Below, one piece after another: positions 16,125 through 24,826 of a DNA stretch of 64,000 bases. Below the pieces are notes generated by a model that worked only from the letters and a program-made list of their open reading frames with translations, was not told where the DNA came from and did no database searches. This stretch comes from a virus. The translations under genes and the position numbers were made by a program. The stretch covers positions 1,650 to 65,649 of the IMG/VR virus record IMGVR_UViG_3300028024_000007; one strand, written 5' to 3'. How positions within the stretch are numbered: position 1 is the stretch's first letter; each line of letters begins with the position of its first letter.

Positions 16125-17300
16125 ATGAGCAGCCCAGAAGAGCGAGAGGTCGAGTATCGGGAGCGATTGTTCGCCGCGCAGAAGCAGCACGCCGAGGCGA
16201 TCTTGGTGGAGGCGAAGAGGCAGTCGGTCGCGCTCGAGTCGGTCGCGAACCTGCTGGCCGAGTACGCGGTGTACATGAAGTCGAAGGAGGCGCCGGAGGA
16301 GGTGGAGTTCATCGGTTCGGCGATCCTGGAAAGGGTCGAGAAGATGCGTAAGACGCCGCACCGGTTCACCCTCCTGGACGCGAGCGACACCAGCGTCATC
16401 AGGTGCCTCGTCTGCCACCTCCCGAAGGGGATCATCGCCCACGACTTCAATCGCGCCGGCGGCGTCGAGGTCAAGCTGACGAACGCTTCGGTGCAGGCGG
16501 GATCTCCGAAGTGCGTCGAGTGCGGCACGCCGGAGTACGTCGTGCCGGGATTGTCGATGGCATCGTCGACGTGGCTGTGTCGCAGGTGCGGGTGGGCGAG
16601 CGTAGACGGGCTGACGTGGTGCCAGCCGCCGAAGTCAGCGAATACGATTGTTGAGCAAGACCAAGACGTCGCGTCCGTCACGAATGACCTGACCGAGGCA
16701 CACGTCGGAATCTCCGGTGCGATCTTCGACCTCCAGCAGCAGCACCTATTGGTCCCCGAGCAATTGTCGAAGGCGCGGCGCCACATCGACCTGGCGATCG
16801 ACGTCATCAACGACAAGCTGGTCACCAGGGTCAAGGACGCGGAGAAGCGCGCGAGGGAGAACCAAGAAGACCGCTCGCAGGCGCTGCGCGTCCTCGACGA
16901 AGTCCGCGACAAGCGAGACGCGCTCGCCGCGAAGAACAATGCGTTGTTCGCGGACTACGAGGCCCTGCTGGTCATCCATGCGCAGCTCACGCGGTCCGCC
17001 AAAGACCACGACGCCCGCGTCGAGCAGCTCCTGGCGTCCGAGAGCGCGGCGCTCGAGAAGGTCGCCGCCGCGGAGCAGCGCGTCCGTCACGCGAGCGCGA
17101 CGTGCGAGCGCGCCATCGCCGACGCGCTCCACCTTGCCAGGGAGCGCGAGGGCGCCGTCATCAAGGAGCGCGCTCGCGTGACTGACGCGGTCGTCGCAGA
17201 ATACGAGCGGATGAGGAACGCGGGCCGGATGTTCCAGTTCGACGTGGCGGACATCCGCATGGCGGCCGCGCCGGACTACGTCCCGGTGAAGGCGCTCTGA
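16125..17300 (+). CDS. Hypothetical protein with CxxC pairs and a long coiled coil
   Basis: CLVC, CVEC and CRRC pairs; helical C-terminal half; RBS AGGAGG. Confidence 0.65.
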   Translation: MSSPEEREVEYRERLFAAQKQHAEAILVEAKRQSVALESVANLLAEYAVYMKSKEAPEEVEFIGSAILERVEKMRKTPHRFTLLDASDTSVIRCLVCHLPKGIIAHDFNRAGGVEVKLTNASVQAGSPKCVECGTPEYVVPGLSMASSTWLCRRCGWASVDGLTWCQPPKSANTIVEQDQDVASVTNDLTEAHVGISGAIFDLQQQHLLVPEQLSKARRHIDLAIDVINDKLVTRVKDAEKRARENQEDRSQALRVLDEVRDKRDALAAKNNALFADYEALLVIHAQLTRSAKDHDARVEQLLASESAALEKVAAAEQRVRHASATCERAIADALHLAREREGAVIKERARVTDAVVAEYERMRNAGRMFQFDVADIRMAAAPDYVPVKAL

Positions 17301-17428
17301 TGCTCCGCGCGGCCACCCTCGTCGTGGTGATACTGGTGCTCGCCTGCCAGGTGGTGGACATCTGGTTCACCGTGACGTCGGTGCGTCGCCTGGAGGCCCG
17401 CGTGGCGGCCGTCGAGGCGTGCGAGTGA
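17300..17428 (+). CDS. Small membrane protein (42 aa), not in the ORF track
   Basis: MLRAATLVVVILVLACQVVDIWF...; TGATG overlap upstream and GTGA overlap downstream. Confidence 0.55.
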   Translation: MLRAATLVVVILVLACQVVDIWFTVTSVRRLEARVAAVEACE

Positions 17429-17796
17429 GGCCCCTGGTCGTCCTCCTGCTCCTGTCCGCCTGCGGTGTGGATGCCATGCCGTTCGGCGGGGCGACCGGCG
17501 CCACCCCGGGGAAGCTCTCCCGCGGGGCGGCCGGGGCCGCGGGGGGCGAGGAGGGCGGCCGCGCCGGTACCGCGCCGGTGTCCAGCGGAGGCGCCCCGGG
17601 TGGGTCTGCGGGTACCGGAGCAGGTCCCGGGGGATCCGTGGGGGCGCCTCCACTGGGTACCGGCGGATCGGTCGGTTCGACGGGTGGGACGCCGGGGGCG
17701 AGCGGATCCGGAGGCTCCGTACCGCCAGGTACGGGCGGCGACCAGGGTGTCTGCTACGACACGAACGGCAACCTCGGCACCTGCCCGCGCCCCTGA
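17425..17796 (+). CDS. Gly/Ser/Thr-rich lipoprotein
   Basis: Lipobox LLLLSAC; GTGGS-type low-complexity region; C-terminal Cys pair. Confidence 0.7.
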   Translation: MRPLVVLLLLSACGVDAMPFGGATGATPGKLSRGAAGAAGGEEGGRAGTAPVSSGGAPGGSAGTGAGPGGSVGAPPLGTGGSVGSTGGTPGASGSGGSVPPGTGGDQGVCYDTNGNLGTCPRP

Positions 17797-17880
17797 GGGG
17801 CGCGCAGGAGCCCGCCGGTACGTCCGGACGCCCGGGACGAGAACGCCCCGTACGGCGCGAACCGGTGAGCCAGGCGCCCC

Positions 17881-17909
17881 TTGCCGTATCGGCCGCCGTA
17901 CCCCAAGGT
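17881..17909 (+). promoter_or_regulatory. Putative leaderless promoter
   Basis: TTGCCG-N17-CAAGGT, with ATG 7 nt later at 17917. Confidence 0.5.
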
Positions 17910-17916
17910 GGGGGCC

Positions 17917-18072
17917 ATGATCATCCTCATCCCCCTCCTGGCCTGCATCGTCGGCGTCCTGGTCTACGCCCTGGCCTCGAACCCCAAGGTCCAGGAGATG
18001 GGGCGCCTGGCGTTCGGCGCCGGCCTCCTGGTGACGCTCTGGGAGGTCGCCGGGCACGTCCTGCGGCTGTAG
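17917..18072 (+). CDS. Small two-TM membrane protein
   Basis: Two hydrophobic segments in 51 aa. Confidence 0.6.
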   Translation: MIILIPLLACIVGVLVYALASNPKVQEMGRLAFGAGLLVTLWEVAGHVLRL

Positions 18073-18085
18073 TACCCTCGGGGGC

Positions 18086-18868
18086 ATGAGGGCCGTCCCC
18101 AAGCTCCAGCTGCCCGAGCTCCCCCGGTGGGAGGAGAAGTTCCCGCTCGAGGTTCTCCAGGCGAAGGCCAGCGGTCGCGAGGTGGGCGGCTCGGCCATGT
18201 GGCTCCAGGGGTTCCGGATGCAGGTGGTGAAGCCAGGGGACCTGAAGTTCCCCAGCTTCCCGTCCTGCCTGTCCCCCGGCCTGGTCCTGTCCGAGGTGTG
18301 GCGCCGCGCGCTGCCGACCTACGTGGGGGTCGACCTCTCCAGCGCCAGCCGCCCCGGCAACTTCATCGTGGCGGTGGCGGTCGACACGGCGAACGGAATC
18401 CGGATCCCCGTGGAGGCCAGGGCCGGCGCCTGGAGCTCCCCGGAGACGGCCGAGGTCCTGACGGACGTCTGCTCCCACCACCCGAACCTCCAGTACGTGA
18501 TGGTCGAGAACAACGCCTACCAGGAGGCGATCATCGACTGGGTCAAGAAGGGCAAGTCGGCCTTCCCCTGGTGGAACAAGGTCGAGGCCCACACGACCGG
18601 GCGGAACAAGGCCGACCCCGCGTTCGGCCTCCCCGGGCTCGAGGTGGAGTTCGCGAACCACAGCTGGGCGTTCCCGAGCGGCGAGTGGGAGGGGCACGAG
18701 ACGGGGCACGACTGCGCCTGGTGCGTGCTCTCCCGCGAGTTCCGGCTCTACCCGAAGTACAGCACCTCCGACGGCATCATGGCGACGTGGTTCTGCAAGG
18801 CGGCCATCGACCGCTGGTGGCGCCCCGGCTCCTCCCGCAGTGCGAAGCGCGACCACAACGTGCGATAG
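18086..18868 (+). CDS. terL: Terminase large subunit, C-terminal lid plus RNase H-like nuclease domain as a separate gene
   Basis: PRWEEKFPLEVL...MWLQGF (LWPE-type lid), YVGVDLS, VMVENNAYQEAI, GRNKAD and YPKYSTSDGIMA (FPxxxHDDxxDA-like). Has its own -10-like TACCCT 7 nt before the ATG. Confidence 0.8.
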   Translation: MRAVPKLQLPELPRWEEKFPLEVLQAKASGREVGGSAMWLQGFRMQVVKPGDLKFPSFPSCLSPGLVLSEVWRRALPTYVGVDLSSASRPGNFIVAVAVDTANGIRIPVEARAGAWSSPETAEVLTDVCSHHPNLQYVMVENNAYQEAIIDWVKKGKSAFPWWNKVEAHTTGRNKADPAFGLPGLEVEFANHSWAFPSGEWEGHETGHDCAWCVLSREFRLYPKYSTSDGIMATWFCKAAIDRWWRPGSSRSAKRDHNVR

Positions 18869-18901
18869 ACAGCGTGGTCGTTCCGTTGTATCCGTCGAGG
18901 T

Positions 18902-19138
18902 GTGGCAGACGAGGACCGTCGGAACGTCGTGCGGGCGCTGAAGACCCCGAACACCGACCACGTCCGCGACGGCGTCCAGGCGCTGGCCCAGATCTCCGAC
19001 GACCCCGACACGCGCGGCGTCCTGATCGCGGTGATCGCGCAGAACGGCAGCGTCACCGTCTACCCGTTCGGCGACTGCAAGAATCAGGACTCGGCGTTCG
19101 TCGCCGCCACCCTGCTCGGCCACGTGATCCAGTCATGA
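18902..19138 (+). CDS. Hypothetical protein
   Basis: Track ORF; RBS GAGG; coupled to the next gene. Confidence 0.55.
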   Translation: MADEDRRNVVRALKTPNTDHVRDGVQALAQISDDPDTRGVLIAVIAQNGSVTVYPFGDCKNQDSAFVAATLLGHVIQS

Positions 19139-19284
19139 TCAAGAGGGTCGACGGGAAGTATCACCTCGTGTCGAAGAAAAAGGATCCGAAGACCGGGCGC
19201 CACAGGAACCTCGGGACGTTCGCGACCAAGGCCGAGGCCGTGAAGCACGAGCAGCAGGTCGAGTACTTCAAGAGGTCGAAGTAG
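19135..19284 (+). CDS. Small basic phage protein
   Basis: MIKRVDGKYHLVSKK...NLGTFATKAEAVKHEQQVEYFK; ATGA coupling. Confidence 0.65.
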   Translation: MIKRVDGKYHLVSKKKDPKTGRHRNLGTFATKAEAVKHEQQVEYFKRSK

Positions 19285-19285
19285 C

Positions 19286-19603
19286 GTGGCGAAGAAGCGG
19301 AAGAAGGGTCGCGAGCTGCGCATCGACGAGGTGGCCCCGGCGATCTTGCCGCTCGAGGTGCCGGTCAGGAAGTGGCGCTTCGACGTCGGTCCCGAGCGGC
19401 GCGCGTTCGTGTTCGCGATCGAGCACGCCGACCGGCTGAAGCTCTCTCACCTGAAGCTCGAGCAGATGGCGCAGGTGCTCGGCAACCTGGTGCACCCGCA
19501 CTTCTCGGCGCTGCTCGTGGTGCAGCCCGGCGCGAAGCTGTCGGTGTACGAGGTGGTAGATCCGTGCAATCCTCCGAAGCATGTCGCAGCAGCCGAAGGA
19601 TAG
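19286..19603 (+). CDS. Hypothetical protein
   Basis: Fills the gap between coupled neighbours; genome-like codon use. Confidence 0.55.
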   Translation: MAKKRKKGRELRIDEVAPAILPLEVPVRKWRFDVGPERRAFVFAIEHADRLKLSHLKLEQMAQVLGNLVHPHFSALLVVQPGAKLSVYEVVDPCNPPKHVAAAEG

Positions 19604-19886
19604 GTACCCGGTGAAGCTCGAGGTCTTCGACGTCGTCCTGATCAAGAAGGAGGTCGGGGAGCACGCCGCCGCGGAGGACGACTTCAAGCGCGTCCGGGTG
19701 GAGGCGGAGAGCTCGCTGGCCGCGCAGTCCCACGCCGACGTGGAGAAGGCGCTCCCCGAGGCGCCGGGCTGGCGGGTGATGTTCGTGGCGCCGCCTGGCG
19801 TGACGACCGAGCCGGAGATGCAGGCGCGCCAGCGCGCGCACACGTCCTCCTGGCGGCCCGACCGGGAGAAGGTCAAGTTCGTCTGA
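19581..19886 (+). CDS. Hypothetical protein
   Basis: Track ORF overlapping the previous stop. Confidence 0.55.
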   Translation: MSQQPKDRYPVKLEVFDVVLIKKEVGEHAAAEDDFKRVRVEAESSLAAQSHADVEKALPEAPGWRVMFVAPPGVTTEPEMQARQRAHTSSWRPDREKVKFV

Positions 19887-19961
19887 CGCCCGGCCCGCTC
19901 CTGGTCGCGGTGACCAGGGTGCGCGCCGGGTTCCTGGACGTCTCGATAGCGGAGGTGACCG

Positions 19962-20423
19962 GTGGCCAAGATGTTCCACAAGTACGACGCCGGGGCGATG
20001 GCGAAGGCCATGGAGCGGATCCGGGAGGGCGCCGACAGCGGATCGCAGGTCCAGCGGCCGCAGTTCGACCCGAAGGAGCGCGCCGAACTGCTCCGCCGCG
20101 CCTCTGACGGCAAGAGCCCGGAGGCCATGCGCCGGGTCCTCGAGCACCACGGGTTCCGGTTCTACCCGGCCGAACTGGTGGCCGAGGCAGCGCTCATGGC
20201 CGGGACCGAGATGGTCACCGCCCCGGGCGAGGCGGCCCCGGAGGTCGAGGGCCAGTGGCGGCACGTCGGCCTGCGCCTGGCGCTGACCCCCAGCGACCTG
20301 GTGGCGAACTACGCCAGCCACGAGGACCTGGACCGCTGGGTGAAGCAGGAGAAGCTCGAGCGCCGGCTGACCAGAGCGCGGGTGGGTAAGGCGGAGCGCC
20401 GCCTGGTGGTGGCGCGGTCATGA
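19962..20423 (+). CDS. Hypothetical protein
   Basis: GTG after RBS GGAGG. Confidence 0.6.
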   Translation: MAKMFHKYDAGAMAKAMERIREGADSGSQVQRPQFDPKERAELLRRASDGKSPEAMRRVLEHHGFRFYPAELVAEAALMAGTEMVTAPGEAAPEVEGQWRHVGLRLALTPSDLVANYASHEDLDRWVKQEKLERRLTRARVGKAERRLVVARS

Positions 20424-20806
20424 GCGGCGACCTGGAGCGCCAGGTACAGCTGGGGCCGATCTGCGAGGAGACCGGCGTCTACGCGTCCCGGTGCGAGCAC
20501 TGCGGTGCTGAGCCGATGAACGCCGCGGTCGCCAGCGTGATCCCGCCGTCCAGTCCAACGTCGGAGGACGCCTGCAACCAGATGCGCGCCGAGCTCCTCG
20601 CCATCGAGAAGCGCGTGCGGCAGATGGCCTTCGGTGGCGCGGAAGGGCCCCCGGTACTTTACGGCGAGGCTCACGCGCAGGCCGTCCTCGCCGTGCGCCA
20701 CCTGGAGGACGCGAGGATGCGCCTCGGCAAGGTCATCCAGTACGCGGTGGGCGGCGGCGTGTCCTGCTTCGATTCGGGGCGCAAGCCGGCCGACGACGGG
20801 CGATGA
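20420..20806 (+). CDS. Hypothetical phage protein
   Basis: ATGA-coupled; C-terminal HLEDARMRLGKVIQY..GGVSCFD. Confidence 0.65.
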   Translation: MSGDLERQVQLGPICEETGVYASRCEHCGAEPMNAAVASVIPPSSPTSEDACNQMRAELLAIEKRVRQMAFGGAEGPPVLYGEAHAQAVLAVRHLEDARMRLGKVIQYAVGGGVSCFDSGRKPADDGR

Positions 20807-21132
20807 GCGCTCCCGTCGTGAAGCTCCAGATCCCCGACGGCGTGGAGGTCTCGGACGGCTACCACACGTTCGGGGAGCTGTACGAGCACCGGATCGCGCT
20901 GTACCTGGCTCTCTGCCGCACGCGCTCCGACGCCTGGAAGAGCCGGGTCCACTCCGACGGGACGGCGTTCCTGGGCTGGTTCATCGTCGGCATCGGGGCC
21001 GAGCCGGGCCAGCAGGTCACCTACCACCTGCCGCTCTCGCGGTGGGACGAGGCGGACGTGCCGGAGCGGGCGCCGCCGCCGTTCGACGGGCACACGTCCG
21101 CCGACGTCCTGGTCAGGCTGCGCCAGCTGTGA
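20803..21132 (+). CDS. Conserved-looking phage protein (SDGYHTF...FDGHT motif type)
   Basis: SDGYHTFGELYEHR, AWKSR.HSDG, GWFIVGI, TYHLP and FDGHTSADVL.RL motifs. Confidence 0.7.
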   Translation: MSAPVVKLQIPDGVEVSDGYHTFGELYEHRIALYLALCRTRSDAWKSRVHSDGTAFLGWFIVGIGAEPGQQVTYHLPLSRWDEADVPERAPPPFDGHTSADVLVRLRQL

Positions 21133-21323
21133 GCGGCCCGCCGGAGTTCGTGGAGATCCCCGCCTCCACGGCCGGGTGGGAGCCACCCCAGGAGTACCCG
21201 CTGGCGCTCGGGCTGCCGGCCCCGGTGGACTTCGACAGGAAGCTCCGCGGCCCGCGCTGGCTCCGGTGGCTCCTGGCCTGGGCGGCGGACACTGTCTTGC
21301 GATACCTCGGCCGACCCGGATAG
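21129..21323 (+). CDS. Hypothetical protein
   Basis: GTGA-coupled; its TAG stop forms part of the portal -10 element. Confidence 0.5.
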   Translation: MSGPPEFVEIPASTAGWEPPQEYPLALGLPAPVDFDRKLRGPRWLRWLLAWAADTVLRYLGRPG

Positions 21324-21326
21324 CCT
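21297..21326 (+). promoter_or_regulatory. Putative leaderless promoter of the portal gene
   Basis: TTGCGA-N18-TAGCCT, with ATG 6 nt later at 21333. Confidence 0.55.
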
Positions 21327-21332
21327 GACCGG

Positions 21333-23141
21333 ATGTCGTTCCTCCCGTCCGGCGCCCCGGTCCTGGCCCCATTCGTCATGAAGCCGGAGGAGGCGGTGGC
21401 CTTCCTCGAGCAGAACGCGCTCCCGCCCTACACGTCCGACGAGCGGTACCTCCAGCTCGACCGGTACGAGGCCCACTGGCGCGGCTGCCAGTACGACCAC
21501 CAGAGCGTCGACTGGTGGGGCATGAACGCCGACGACTACGAGACCGTCAGCCCGCGCGTGGCCGTCCCCCAGGGGTTCGTGCAGCCGGCCCAGCTGGTCC
21601 TGAACACCCGGCAGAAGCGCCCGAGCATCGAGACGGGCGCCTGCGCCACGGTGGTCGAGGGCTACACGGACCTGATGATGTCCGAGCAGGCGGCGCCCCG
21701 GACCATCGTGGAGGGTGATCCGGACACGGAGGCGATGCTCCTGGCGCTCCAGGAGAAGATGCACTGGCTCCCGAAGTGGACCCACGCCCGCGACCTGGGC
21801 GGCGCGGTGGGCTCGGTCCTGGTGACGGTGGCGGCGCGCGCCGGCCAGATGGACATGGAGGTCCACAACACGAAGTGCGTGGTCCCCCTGTGGCGGAACC
21901 GGCGCCAGCTGAAGCCGGCCGCCGTCCTGATCTTCAAGGTCGTCGTGGTCCAGGAGGACGAGCTCGACGACAAGGACCGGAAGACCGGGAACAAGACCCC
22001 CGTGGAGTACGTCCACCGGCGGATCATCTCGGAGGCCGAGGACGTGGTCTACCGCCCCATAAAGGCGTCCGACCCGAACACGTGGGACTGGGTCCGGGTG
22101 GAGGCGCTCTGCTCCCGCCACGACCTTGGGGTGTTCCCCGGGGTGTGGATCCAGAACACCGCGGCCGACGACGACAAGGACGGCCTGGCCGACTGCGAGG
22201 GCGCCTGGAAGACGGTCGACGCGCTCGACCGCCTGCTCTCCCAGGTGAACAAGGGCGAGCTCGCCACGGTCGACCCCAGCCTGGTCATCAGCGACGACCC
22301 GAAGATGAAGGAGGCCGGACCGGTCAGCCGCAGCAGCGACAACACCGTCGAGCTGTCCGAGAAGGGCACCGCCAAGTTCCTCGAGGTCACGGGCACCGGC
22401 CTGGCGTCCGCGATGTCGTTCGCCGAGCAGCTGGAGCGGTGGATCTCCCGGCGCACCGGCTACGTGTTCGCCGAGCCGGACAAGGTCGCCGGCGCGGCGG
22501 CCAGCTCCCTGGCTATCCGCCTGATGTTCAGGCCCATGATCCAGCGCGCCGACAAGAAGCGCGGCCAGTACGGGCCTGCCATGGTCGAGCTGCTGAAGGT
22601 CGTGGAGAAGATCGTCCGCGGGTTCGCGGCCCAGCGGATCCCCCTGCCGCCGGCGGAGGACGGGCGGGAGCGAGTGGGCGTGCCGACGCTCGAGCTCGAC
22701 CCGCGCCGCATGCCGGACGGGACCATGCAGGCCCACCGGCTTGGGAAGGGCGGCGTGATCCAGGTGAAGTGGGGCCCGTACTTCAACAAGGGCCCGGCCG
22801 AGGAGGGCGTCGACATCACGAACGCGGTGGCGGCTAAGAACGGCGGGCTCATCGACCGGCGGACCGCCGCGTCCCACGTGGCCGAGTCCGTGTTCCAGGT
22901 CCGCGACCTCGACGCCATGCTGGCGAAGGTCGAGACCGAGCAGGCCTCCGAGGTGGACGCCATGATGGCGGCCGCGGGCGGCGGGGTGACCGGCGTGGCC
23001 CTGGCGGACCTCCAGCGGTCGAGCTCGGCGGCGGGTGGTCAGAACGGCGCGGGGAAGACCCCGCTGCTCGGGAAGGACCACGCCGACCTGCGCAAGGAGG
23101 CCATGGGGAGCCAGGGCGCGGGCGACTCTGAGGTCAGCTAG
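21333..23141 (+). CDS. Portal protein (SPP1-like)
   Basis: 602 aa; sits between terminase and the gpF-like gene; mainly helical portal-like organisation (e.g. ASSLAIRLMFRPMIQRADKKR..YG). Confidence 0.75.
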   Translation: MSFLPSGAPVLAPFVMKPEEAVAFLEQNALPPYTSDERYLQLDRYEAHWRGCQYDHQSVDWWGMNADDYETVSPRVAVPQGFVQPAQLVLNTRQKRPSIETGACATVVEGYTDLMMSEQAAPRTIVEGDPDTEAMLLALQEKMHWLPKWTHARDLGGAVGSVLVTVAARAGQMDMEVHNTKCVVPLWRNRRQLKPAAVLIFKVVVVQEDELDDKDRKTGNKTPVEYVHRRIISEAEDVVYRPIKASDPNTWDWVRVEALCSRHDLGVFPGVWIQNTAADDDKDGLADCEGAWKTVDALDRLLSQVNKGELATVDPSLVISDDPKMKEAGPVSRSSDNTVELSEKGTAKFLEVTGTGLASAMSFAEQLERWISRRTGYVFAEPDKVAGAAASSLAIRLMFRPMIQRADKKRGQYGPAMVELLKVVEKIVRGFAAQRIPLPPAEDGRERVGVPTLELDPRRMPDGTMQAHRLGKGGVIQVKWGPYFNKGPAEEGVDITNAVAAKNGGLIDRRTAASHVAESVFQVRDLDAMLAKVETEQASEVDAMMAAAGGGVTGVALADLQRSSSAAGGQNGAGKTPLLGKDHADLRKEAMGSQGAGDSEVS

Positions 23142-23155
23142 CCAACACAGTGGTC

Positions 23156-23410
23156 ATGAAGACAGCATTGGAACTGCTAGGGGATGACTCGCATACGTTC
23201 TTGTGCCTTACGTCGACGGTGTCTGGTCCGTTCGGTGAGTCGATGGGAAAGATGATGGAGCTCGTCGCGGAGAGGGCCCGCGCGGAGATGCGCGACGCCA
23301 TCGTGTCGGAGATGTCGCTCATCGGAGTGGGGACGTGCAGTCTGCTGGACCTCTCCGACTCGATCATCGAATTCGGGCGCAGGGTTCATGCGCTTCCGGT
23401 GAAGCCATGA
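23156..23410 (+). CDS. Hypothetical protein, paralog of the N-terminal half of the next gene
   Basis: Begins MKTALELLGDD; nucleotide start nearly identical to 23407. Confidence 0.6.
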   Translation: MKTALELLGDDSHTFLCLTSTVSGPFGESMGKMMELVAERARAEMRDAIVSEMSLIGVGTCSLLDLSDSIIEFGRRVHALPVKP

Positions 23411-23925
23411 AGACAGCACTGGAACTGATCGGGAAGGATGCGGCGGCGCGGTGCCATGAGTCGATCGTGCCGCTGCTCGAGCTGGTCGCGTTCCACGCGC
23501 GCGTCGAGATGCGCGCGTTGGCAGCGACGCGCGCAAGGGTGACGGCGGCATGTGCGATTGACGCCGGAGAGATCCCCGCCGCGATCATGCAGCTACCGGT
23601 GGACAACGGTGTGGACACCGCGTACGTGATGTCGACTCCGTCAGCGATCGCTGCGATGCGCGTCGAACGCGCTGCGAACGAAGCGGAGGAGGTACCCGAG
23701 CGGAAGCACGCGCACTACTTCAAGGCGACGCCGTTCGCGGAGGTGGACGTCTACCGCGTCCTCCTGCTGTTCGGCGTGACGGACCCGTGCCTGCAGCACG
23801 CGCTGAAGAAGCTCCTGGTGGCGGGCGGGCGTGGCGCCGGGAAGGACATCCGGCAGGACGTCGCGGAGGCGGTCGACACGCTGGTGAGGTGGCAGGAGAT
23901 GCGCGCGGAAGAAGGTGCGGCGTGA
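23407..23925 (+). CDS. Hypothetical protein with a conserved-looking phage C-terminal domain
   Basis: HYFK...VDVYRVL.LFGVTDPCLQHALKKLLVAGGRG..KD...DV.EAVDTL.RW motif. Confidence 0.7.
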   Translation: MKTALELIGKDAAARCHESIVPLLELVAFHARVEMRALAATRARVTAACAIDAGEIPAAIMQLPVDNGVDTAYVMSTPSAIAAMRVERAANEAEEVPERKHAHYFKATPFAEVDVYRVLLLFGVTDPCLQHALKKLLVAGGRGAGKDIRQDVAEAVDTLVRWQEMRAEEGAA

Positions 23926-24065
23926 ACCACGACGGGATCCTCATCGCTGGCCTCGCGATGATGAACGCGGCGGCTCTGGTCGCGTGGATCACGTACGCGA
24001 TCGACAACGCGAGCAAGCGCATCGCGCGTGCGATCCTCGAAGCGAACAAGAAGGACGCGCCGTGA
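23922..24065 (+). CDS. Small membrane protein
   Basis: One hydrophobic segment; GTGA coupling at both ends. Confidence 0.55.
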   Translation: MNHDGILIAGLAMMNAAALVAWITYAIDNASKRIARAILEANKKDAP

Positions 24066-24406
24066 AGGTCGTCTACGTCGCGGGCCCATTCACTGCTCCG
24101 ACCGCGTGGGGCATCGAGCAGAACGTCCGCGTGGCGGAGGAGGCTGGACTGCGCGTCGCGGAGATGGGCGCGTCGGCGCTCGTCCCGCACACGATGGGTC
24201 GCCACTTGGTCGGCACCATCACGCCGGCGTACTGGTACGAGGCGACGCTCGCGCTGATGCTGAAGTGCGACGCCGTGCTGACGGTCGACGCGTGGGGGTC
24301 TTCGAATGGAGCGACGAACGAGGTGCTGGTCGCGCGCGAGAAGGGGATCCCCGTGTTCGAGTGGTTCGCCGAGCTCGCGCTGTGGCTGACGAAGGGGGCC
24401 GCGTGA
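24062..24406 (+). CDS. Nucleoside 2-deoxyribosyltransferase-like (DUF4406/DUF1937 type) protein
   Basis: VYVAGPFT, PH, CDAVL...W..SNGA..E...A..KGIPVF motifs. Confidence 0.75.
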   Translation: MKVVYVAGPFTAPTAWGIEQNVRVAEEAGLRVAEMGASALVPHTMGRHLVGTITPAYWYEATLALMLKCDAVLTVDAWGSSNGATNEVLVAREKGIPVFEWFAELALWLTKGAA

Positions 24407-24816
24407 TCGTCGCCGCGTCGTTCGAGGGGGCGCTGGTGGTGAGCACCCCGGACGCCCCGCTCACCTGGCGCCCAGGGGCGAAGGACTTCGTCCTGGCGGT
24501 GGCCGCCGCCGGCGGGCGCCTGGTGGTGGTCTCCGCCGCCGCGGTCCAGGAGGCGGAGGTCCTGCCGGGCGACGCGGAGGACTGGGCGCGCACCGGCCGC
24601 GTCCCGGCCGCAACCTCCCTGCGCTGGACCGACCAGCAGCGGATGCGGGCCTTCCTGCAGATCGAGGGCGCGTGGCCGCTCGTCCGCGTCTGGGAGGGTC
24701 AGGGCATGCCCCCCTGCCAGCTGTACGTCGACGTCTGGTCCGAGGGGCCCGACTTCATCCGCCTGGCCCGCGAGCTCGGTTTCTTGGTACCTGTGTCACC
24801 GCCCAACCAACCGTAA
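24403..24816 (+). CDS. Degenerate HAD-like protein
   Basis: AASFEGALV aligns with xxDFDGTLV but lacks both Asp; RPGA..F..A....LVVVSA and LYVD also present. Confidence 0.45.
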   Translation: MIVAASFEGALVVSTPDAPLTWRPGAKDFVLAVAAAGGRLVVVSAAAVQEAEVLPGDAEDWARTGRVPAATSLRWTDQQRMRAFLQIEGAWPLVRVWEGQGMPPCQLYVDVWSEGPDFIRLARELGFLVPVSPPNQP

Positions 24817-24826
24817 GGAGGATCCC

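Noticed and set aside
2440-18130. Excisable element (skin-like) interrupting terL
   Set aside because: No direct repeat or att core is visible at the two junctions, no recombinase is in the window, and the C half has its own start signals.
21021-23081. Long minus-strand ORFs (also 3252..5159, 14271..15866, 37231..38907, 39842..41833, 42781..44556 and many more)
   Set aside because: They mirror well-supported plus-strand genes, are Arg/Gly/Pro-rich and motif-free; these are typical shadow ORFs of high-GC DNA.
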